Below, piece after piece: positions 58,201 to 64,000 of a stretch of 64,000 nucleotides of DNA (positions within the stretch are counted from its first letter, which is position 1; every line of letters starts with the position of its first letter). This stretch comes from a virus. The notes under the pieces were generated by a model. The model did not search any database. It was given only the letters and a program-made list of their open reading frames with translations, and was not told where the DNA came from. The stretch covers positions 32,846 through 96,845 of the IMG/VR virus record IMGVR_UViG_3300035698_006641; one strand, written 5' to 3'. Made by a program: the position numbers and the translations under genes.

Positions 58201-58864
58201 TAAGTATACTTTCGTATCAATGGGGGTTGACTGGGGCGGAGGCGGAGAGAGCGGAGTAAGCCGTACAGCTATTACCGTATTAGGGTGGAAGGCAACAGGA
58301 AAACCAGATGTCATTTACATGCATCGCATAACCAACCCAATGGCCACTGACCAGGAATCTCTGTACATTAAGCAACTAGCCGCAAGATTCAATGTTGACC
58401 TACTAGCTGACGACTATTGCGGAGCTGGTGAGGCCAAAGAGATCATACTGTTGCAGACTGGATTCCCTTATAGCAAATTAATGCCCGTTGCCTACGTACC
58501 ATCTACTGTAGGTAAGATGATGGAGTACGTTCCAGCAGAAGATAAGGTTAGCCGTCCATACATCAAGGCTGCTAGAACCAAGAGCCTGTCAATAATGGCG
58601 GCACTAATCAACAACGGATATTATACCTTTCCAAAATTCGAGTCTTGGGACTCCCACGACTATCCGAATAATCTATTGTCATTGGTACAAGAGAAGCGCG
58701 ATAGGTCTGGTGGTTCTGCTCGTTACTTCATCACTCACAAAGCTGGTAGAGCTGATGATTTGGCTCATGCGCTCATGTACGCTTCTATTGGGTACTGGTT
58801 TGTCACCAAGAATACTCCGGACTTCACTAAGCTACTCGGAAGAGAGTTTTCTGAAGAAGTCTAG
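55283..58864 (+). CDS. terL: terminase large subunit (GpA-like) with two inteins; about 575 aa after splicing
   Basis: Walker A GRQVAK|SET, Walker B FYDE|CQD, TGTPK, CNKC/CAKC, NEILG, MGVDWG nuclease, DDLAHA. Confidence 0.88.
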   Translation: MSEIENVLAKYVAMIKNGELTNLSPLLPLLFTLRGKPFSLKDHFLWEPLFNVQVPKKRTIVCGRQVAKCILSTSKVTTYTGEHIAAADVAVGDKLLCLNENAPGWESTSGLVTNVFNNLSKPMRVITTRMGSEVTVSNDHRLRTAGGYVRSEELSVGDRICRIRRGGEFENKKVDRKRLVKWLSEDGLIGCRSHEKFIPEWVFSLSKADTITFISRLYATDGCIKSINGSPSITYCSNSRALIDGLQSLLTKLGLPSSIRFWDPEVGRRAYSLRIETRSSQDWFLNNIKVPGKPIPTGLIKKKSSNNRDTWPKDHVTSIIERHTRDTIYQRGESLRKHGLRKTLKYQPSIEKIHQYIEYFDLIGNHDAVSDLSILVDTDVYWDTIESIKEVGECDAIDFEIETHHNFVLAGGIVTHNSETSAVQMLSWQLLRDYMNILYVAPRDNQTKIFSNDKVGPYIKSSPVFKDVDKSLPNGVYTRSIKDGSNMYFSYAFLDAERIRSITAGAVFYDESLVGDTLIPTYDLSGVRTVKNISDIKAGDIVDSFTDKGCKLSSVVVCDASFHGNQPCYRVTTSSDKSVVGTSTHPLWTNEGPLRIGEMIRNVYRPAITDKENFLIDPDPDVVRDSSRRWEPINTEAQEDGELPVQTRGTSTYIQSRQIHDIVRVRNRASFTKEERELQGLILDNPPTQGLSLCVLDDIQQNHRKREPEVSEIGIKAVHGDEPGEAGRDGGPESLSVPTRCKETDDPIVKIEYVGMIDVWDIEVEGTHNYILDNGFKSLNCQDINPAFRVPIQQVMAASLDFGVTQSTGTPKTFDNNLETQWAQSSQAEWCIPCNKCNKLNVAGVEFDLLKMIQPHGLACAKCGALINTREGWWEHRYPNRRERHEGYHGPQPVFPMHCEKQPDEINTKVGRKWTDLLYNQEDMPTYGFYNEILGTSYDNADELISKTSLVENSTLDHDNTLDAAIKLAHNRVKYTFVSMGVDWGGGGESGVSRTAITVLGWKATGKPDVIYMHRITNPMATDQESLYIKQLAARFNVDLLADDYCGAGEAKEIILLQTGFPYSKLMPVAYVPSTVGKMMEYVPAEDKVSRPYIKAARTKSLSIMAALINNGYYTFPKFESWDSHDYPNNLLSLVQEKRDRSGGSARYFITHKAGRADDLAHALMYASIGYWFVTKNTPDFTKLLGREFSEEV
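55487..56533 (+). mobile_element. intein 1 in terminase Walker A (349 aa), partial LAGLIDADG
   Basis: C1 CILSTS; SNDHR block B; only one LAGLIDADG-like motif (ISRLYATDG); HNFV...VTHN|S. Confidence 0.9.
56816..57622 (+). mobile_element. intein 2 in terminase Walker B (269 aa); Ser1, penultimate Leu
   Basis: SLVGDT; GTSTHP block B; VWDIEVEGTHNYI...KSLN|C. Confidence 0.88.
57087..57530 (+). pseudogene. LAGLIDADG endonuclease remnant in an overlapping (+1) frame inside intein 2
   Basis: ATG after GGAG; QMLLGTLLGDG...H...Q..Y...K motif; in-frame TAG at 57129 and 57420. Confidence 0.75.
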
Positions 58865-58902
58865 ATGGGTCGCTATATAACCTTGTTATTTTTCTACTTC
58901 CA

Positions 58903-59076
58903 TCATATCAAATCTTTCAGTTTTTTTATTCTTTTACGTAGTCGTTCGCCTTTTTCGTACCTCGTGGATTCCCATCCATGACCTACAGCATAGTGAGCCA
59001 TCTCACAACACTCCTCGACGAGTAGATTAATATAGTCCTCGTATGTTTCAATTAGTTCTTTTTTACGAGTAGTCAT
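58903..59076 (-). CDS. 57-aa hypothetical protein (not in ORF track)
   Basis: ATG with GAGGG RBS directly after the upstream stop. Confidence 0.4.
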   Translation of the reverse strand: MTTRKKELIETYEDYINLLVEECCEMAHYAVGHGWESTRYEKGERLRKRIKKLKDLI

Positions 59077-59078
59077 AT

Positions 59079-61370
59079 TTATCCCTCTTTCTTAATTTCT
59101 TCTTCACAACTATAGACACGTTTCACAAACTGATTTAACTCAATCCCTTTAGCCTCACACCTCTGTATGCATTCTTCTTGGGTTAATACCCCATGTTCCA
59201 AAGACATCATAGGATCTTCAGAGGGTCCAGAATAGCTTGTTAAAAAGGTCCTCATTTCACTACGAATGTCCTCTAGAGTTTGTGAGTCCATTGAAAGACC
59301 TTTTCTTAAAGACCTCATAATGAACGATGTCGTGGTTGACTCCATGGTGACACTCCCAGCATCGCTGTTAAATGTTACTTGTGGAATTTTCTCTGATAGT
59401 ACAAAGCCGTACCCCTCTGCCCCTAACACCTCAGTGTCACTTACCTCCATGATGGTAAAGGTTCCAGCATACTTCTGTTTGTCCTCTAGGGTAAGCTCCC
59501 TTAGGAACACACGATCTACCCCGCCTATCTTACGGGGTAACATTCTAGAGATTATATTGTTCTTTCTTCCACTACGCTCAACAAGCAAGGGCCTAGCCTC
59601 GATACTGCTATTTCTCTGGGCCAGTAATGCATAAGCTACATAGGATATTATCTCCATGACGATAGGTGTTGTTGATTTAGTGAATCTGGTGATCCTCTCG
59701 GCGTCTACCCATTTTTTCCTAAGGTGTAGTCCTACATTCTCAGCCTCGGTTGTGACTAATCCTTGATGAACCATGCCTCCCTCACCATCCATAATAAGAC
59801 CGGGGAAATAGTATTTATCAAGTTTTTCATTAAACGTATTGATACTCTCACAGACTATCTCAGCCTGTACATCTGAGTTAAATAACTTTATCACATCAGC
59901 AATCTTTTTAGACCACCCGTAACTTAGGAATGGAACCATACCAACCCCCGCGTCAACAGTGGCCTTTTGAAACACGCTCTCTACTCTTGGGCTAGAACTG
60001 GATATATCCTTGTGATCAAAGATTACCGGAACCATCTTGTCATCTATTCTGATTGTTCCCGTGTAAACCAAGTTATCGGCCTCTTGCAGCCGAAATAGTC
60101 CGTGTAGGTCAACCGTGAAATTAGATATTTCCTCTAAGCCATAATCGTTTACTACGGCATAGCCATTAGGAGTCTCCTCGATAACTTCTCCCCTATACGT
60201 AATCCTATTCCCCGGATCCACAGTCCACCCTAAATCTAAGGAATCTAAGCATGATGCACTCTTCTCAGACAAAATGAACTCAAAGAAATTACTCAAATCT
60301 AAACTTCTTAAAAATACCTTGTCGCAGTAGGCACGAGCTTTACCAGTAGAAATTGAACGGGATCGGCACACTTCGTACGGGCTCTTACCGCTCATAAGGG
60401 CCGCATTCATCTTAGAGTAATTATTATCCCCTCTTAGTGAAGAGGAGTGTACTGCTGACAGCCTGCTTTCTTTATAGTCGAATGCTGGTTGATAAACCGT
60501 TTTGTCAATTGGTGAGACCAGAGCATCAAGGAATACAACCTTACGATCCCCTAGCATCTCCCACTCCTCACGGGAAGTCCTTTTGTTATACAGAATTAGT
60601 GGAGCATGAAATTTAAACTTGTTATAGTGAAGGGCTTGGGCTTCTAGGGCTATACCTGAGTTCTGTGTAGCTAGTACTACTTTATATCTCTCAGTCTCCC
60701 GTAAGTAAGCTATTCCGCCTGTGTCTGATCCTATCGTATGGAATAGATTAGTTTGCTCAGCTGAAAACAGCCAATAAGCCGCGGGTCCGGATAATCCCCA
60801 ACTAGGAACAACAATTACTTTCTTCCCAACCTTCATGTCAATGAGTGGGTTCTTTCTTTGTATTCCAACCTCTTTTTTAGTACCTATGTCATCACAGGAC
60901 CAGAATTGAAGAACAGCTCTAAGAGAAGCGACGTTCGTCTTTTTTGACCCGGTATAGAACCCACGCGCTGTGAGTATGTGCCCGTACTCAGACATCCAAT
61001 CGTTTCCATTGAATATCCTGTCAGTATACTCAACGATCTTATTATACCCCTCGAATGGTGCACAGGTATCGGAGAGGATTTTCTCGATGTTGGTCTTATT
61101 GACCTTGCCAATTAGCCCTTTGTTCTGTACTATTTCCTTAATGGACGTTTCTAAACTATCCGTGCCGGTTATGGACATATGAAGGCTCACTGAGTCAAAC
61201 GCATGCTGGCAGTACTTGCAGACGAAGTATCGTGGGTGTTTTATGGGACGTAAGAATAACTTCTGGCCACAATGAGGGCAGTTAATGGTCGTTTTATCGG
61301 TCACTACACGCTCAATACTTGGATCTAGAAGTCGTATTGTATTTAAAATATTGGGGGTCAGAATCGACAT
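59079..61370 (-). CDS. large hypothetical protein with N-terminal primase-type Zn finger
   Basis: CPHC...CKYC; GGAGG before MSILTP. Confidence 0.6.
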   Translation of the reverse strand: MSILTPNILNTIRLLDPSIERVVTDKTTINCPHCGQKLFLRPIKHPRYFVCKYCQHAFDSVSLHMSITGTDSLETSIKEIVQNKGLIGKVNKTNIEKILSDTCAPFEGYNKIVEYTDRIFNGNDWMSEYGHILTARGFYTGSKKTNVASLRAVLQFWSCDDIGTKKEVGIQRKNPLIDMKVGKKVIVVPSWGLSGPAAYWLFSAEQTNLFHTIGSDTGGIAYLRETERYKVVLATQNSGIALEAQALHYNKFKFHAPLILYNKRTSREEWEMLGDRKVVFLDALVSPIDKTVYQPAFDYKESRLSAVHSSSLRGDNNYSKMNAALMSGKSPYEVCRSRSISTGKARAYCDKVFLRSLDLSNFFEFILSEKSASCLDSLDLGWTVDPGNRITYRGEVIEETPNGYAVVNDYGLEEISNFTVDLHGLFRLQEADNLVYTGTIRIDDKMVPVIFDHKDISSSSPRVESVFQKATVDAGVGMVPFLSYGWSKKIADVIKLFNSDVQAEIVCESINTFNEKLDKYYFPGLIMDGEGGMVHQGLVTTEAENVGLHLRKKWVDAERITRFTKSTTPIVMEIISYVAYALLAQRNSSIEARPLLVERSGRKNNIISRMLPRKIGGVDRVFLRELTLEDKQKYAGTFTIMEVSDTEVLGAEGYGFVLSEKIPQVTFNSDAGSVTMESTTTSFIMRSLRKGLSMDSQTLEDIRSEMRTFLTSYSGPSEDPMMSLEHGVLTQEECIQRCEAKGIELNQFVKRVYSCEEEIKKEG

Positions 61371-61391
61371 AGTCCTCCGAAAGGTTATAAC

Positions 61392-62396
61392 ATGAATAAC
61401 AACAAAAAAGACCTGAATGGTCAAGCTCTTCATACATTGAAATTAGAATTGGGTCTAGATTTAGACCTAGTAAAAGCAGCATCGGAACAGGAACTCGAAG
61501 AAGAGTCCACAGTATCATCTAGGCATTTTGCTAACCCAGCAGAACGTTTATTCCCAACACACACGAAAGAAGCCACAGAACGATCTGTTGTATACTTCTT
61601 TGGAGGGGACAAGGATTTCACATACCCCGCTAAAGAGGTCCAGGAGCGCCTCTATAAGGCCGCTAGGTTCTGGGATGTATCTGACCATTACTACACGGTT
61701 AAAAATGCCTCAGAGAGCGTCACAGAGGCCCCTGTGGCGATAACCAAGTATGCCTTCGGAGATAAGCTACCCATCTCTACTAAAGATCAGGTATCAAAGA
61801 GCGCTAGCACTCTAGTCTCTCAACGTGACGCGCTGACCCATGATAATAGGTCAGAAATCTCAATGAACATTCTAAAGGCCGCTGCGGTATTGGATATGGA
61901 CATGAGCAACATGGGCGAACTTGAGATCATGTCAGGCGTCAATGTTCTACCTCGCGTTAAAATTGCAAAGGCTCTCAACCAAAGGGCAGCGAGCTTCGAA
62001 CGTCTTGGGGTTGGGGGGGATGTATACAAGGCCGCATCGGAAGCAGTACTTGACTGTGACTTGGACGGACTAGATGAAATTTGTGGAATCCTGGATGGGT
62101 TTGAACACAGCAAGGAAGCTTCACGGGTAAGACGTACTCTTGAGCCTATTGAGAACTCCTTCTTTGATACAGTCCCTAATGAGACCATTCTTTCTCTCAA
62201 CAATGGTCATACAGTTTTAATGAGCCGAGTCAAGTCTGCTAAACTAGCTCCTTTCTACGCACTAGGTACGACAGTTCCTCTACAGGTAACTGATGAAGAT
62301 GGTAACCTTGACGTTACTAAGACCGCTGAGTTTTTGGAACGCATTCCAAAGTCAGATTGTGACCTATTCGAAAAGGCGCTTAAACAATGTCGCTAG
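61392..62396 (+). CDS. K-x-A motif-rich protein (putative head/scaffold-associated)
   Basis: 13 K-x-A motifs among 24 lysines. Confidence 0.7.
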   Translation: MNNNKKDLNGQALHTLKLELGLDLDLVKAASEQELEEESTVSSRHFANPAERLFPTHTKEATERSVVYFFGGDKDFTYPAKEVQERLYKAARFWDVSDHYYTVKNASESVTEAPVAITKYAFGDKLPISTKDQVSKSASTLVSQRDALTHDNRSEISMNILKAAAVLDMDMSNMGELEIMSGVNVLPRVKIAKALNQRAASFERLGVGGDVYKAASEAVLDCDLDGLDEICGILDGFEHSKEASRVRRTLEPIENSFFDTVPNETILSLNNGHTVLMSRVKSAKLAPFYALGTTVPLQVTDEDGNLDVTKTAEFLERIPKSDCDLFEKALKQCR

Positions 62397-63043
62397 CCCA
62401 GGACTATATGCAGGACCCTGCCATTACGGCATCGGTCCTTGCTGTGATCTGTAATGACCTTCTTAGTGGGGATTTTCTAGGCTATGAGATTGAGACTGTA
62501 ATAGATTCTATTCAATCTATTCTCGGGGTTACTATCCCAGAAGAGAATGTTGATAAGATTCAAGCCATCCAAACGATCTATACGTCCAACCTGTTTTATA
62601 TGCAGATTCCAGCATTCCTAGCTGTAGTGGATGCCTTTAGTGGTGACGGAGTTGACTTTGATTACGCAGACATGCCTCATGTAGAGGATGTAGCCTGGGC
62701 AGTCGTAGAGACTCTAATCAATGTACCAGACGAGGACATGGAGAACTTATTTGCTCCAGACGTTGCTGAGTTCATAAAGGTACTTCTTAAGGAAGAAGGT
62801 TTTCATACCGCCCCTCCGTCTCTACGGTTTGTAGGAGAGCTTGATAGTCCTGATATTCGAGATACTGTTTTAGACGACCCGGTAATTAACGAGTCCTATT
62901 ACGGAATTCAGAAACAGAAAATGGCTGATGTTGAAGAGTATGTTGCCACTAATATAAGATCAACAATGATGGCTATCAATACGCTCCCTCTGTCTCACAG
63001 AGACCACAAAAGCTGGAATAAGTTTATCGACTCAGTGTCTTAA
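62387..63043 (+). CDS. acidic hypothetical protein
   Basis: ORF overlapping upstream gene. Confidence 0.65.
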   Translation: MSLAQDYMQDPAITASVLAVICNDLLSGDFLGYEIETVIDSIQSILGVTIPEENVDKIQAIQTIYTSNLFYMQIPAFLAVVDAFSGDGVDFDYADMPHVEDVAWAVVETLINVPDEDMENLFAPDVAEFIKVLLKEEGFHTAPPSLRFVGELDSPDIRDTVLDDPVINESYYGIQKQKMADVEEYVATNIRSTMMAINTLPLSHRDHKSWNKFIDSVS

Positions 63044-63118
63044 ACTGCTGTCATTCCCTATGAGCAATCGTTTCTAGCATCTCTGTATGCTAATGAAAAT
63101 GGCGAACTCACCCTTAAC

Positions 63119-63311
63119 CACAGTTCCTATATGCTATTTGGCGTTAGGATACTTGTCGGTTCTTTCTAAAATACAAGAAAACCCAAGGCTGTTAGGCTTT
63201 GGGTTTCGACCATATTGGCCGGACTTGTATTAGCACCTAAGTGCAACCCCGTAAACGAGGCTAGAAACAACCAACAAGTATCCTAACGCTAAATAGCATA
63301 TAGGAACCGTG
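63119..63311 (-). ncRNA. structured RNA: 50-bp closing stem around a multibranch domain
   Basis: 63119..63168 pairs with 63262..63311 (46/50); five internal helices. Confidence 0.6.
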
Positions 63312-63327
63312 ATATAATATATGATAA

Positions 63328-63400
63328 TGGGGCCCGTGGTTGGGCTTGCACCAACAACCTCCCGTAAGGGGGCTCTCTTTCGTAGTTGAGCTACACGGAC
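63328..63400 (-). ncRNA. tRNA-like RNA with encoded CCA and truncated anticodon arm
   Basis: GTCCGTG/CACGGGC acceptor, TAGCTCA D arm, GTTGG-TGCAAGC-CCAAC T arm, C-CCA end; 4-nt loop in place of the anticodon loop. Confidence 0.75.
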
Positions 63401-63666
63401 ATAAAATAATCAGCCCAACAGACCCAAGTAACTCTGAGTGTACTGCTCAGTAGTTCTATCGTGCTCCTTGGTAGCGAACCAGGTATAAGCGTTATCTGCA
63501 CTACTCCACTGCCTGACCGGCTTGGTGGTAGATCACCATTTAACAGGCGTGGACTAAAGTAAAAGTGTTATAGAGCCTAAAATACAGTGATTCTAAAGGT
63601 ATTAGATCTCTACATCTATTATTCCGATATAATGGCACTAATTAAGCACCAATATATCAATTATAA

Positions 63667-63828
63667 TTAGTCTGTAGATTGTTCCTCTTGATACTGTTCT
63701 ATTTGCTTCCCTCTTAAGAACTTAGCTATCTGATCTGCTAAAATAGCCTCTGGACAGTTCATATCTTTTTTCTTACGGGGCTCTTCTACTAACTCTAGTT
63801 CAATTTGCTCTAATTTATTTAAGTTCAT
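63667..63828 (-). CDS. 53-aa hypothetical protein (not in ORF track)
   Basis: MNLNKLEQIELELVEEP... Confidence 0.35.
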   Translation of the reverse strand: MNLNKLEQIELELVEEPRKKKDMNCPEAILADQIAKFLRGKQIEQYQEEQSTD

Positions 63829-64000
63829 AATCAAGTTGCTCTTATTAGTTAATTAGCTCTTTTGTTTCCGGCATCATGGGATTCTCCTTATTCTGCTGGA
63901 AGCGTAGCTTCCGACGTGAGTGTCCCGCCGCCTTCAAATCCAGTAGCCGCGTCAACATCGTTTGTTCCGCACGGATTAATTTGAGGACTTCGGCTGTTGA

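Overview
This 64 kb window is part of a large tailed-phage genome. Genes are dense and almost all on the minus strand, and no host housekeeping context is present. It holds early-type small hypothetical genes, some with integron attC-like boundaries, and a tRNA-Arg(CCT) with an unusually long variable arm. It has several calcineurin-like phosphoesterases, a putative portal/virion block, and class III ribonucleotide reductase (nrdD with an intein, nrdG). A full replication/recombination set is present: dNMP kinase, exonucleases, ATP-dependent ligase, UvsX/RecA, SSB, family A DNA polymerase, primase, DnaB-like and SF2 helicases, and SbcC/SbcD. The large terminase is on the plus strand. Highlights: (1) a phage-encoded ubiquitin-like conjugation operon with a tandem di-Ubl, a JAB peptidase, an E1/ThiF and an E2-like protein (38.5-42.3 kb); (2) a polA gene split by three group I introns, one carrying an HNH endonuclease; (3) three inteins, including one starting with Thr in NrdD and one in terminase that hides a decayed LAGLIDADG gene in an overlapping reading frame; (4) a structured non-coding RNA cluster at 63.1-63.55 kb with a CCA-ending tRNA-like RNA that lacks a normal anticodon loop; (5) a protein strongly enriched in K-x-A motifs. 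All family assignments come from recognising motifs by eye; no database searches were run.
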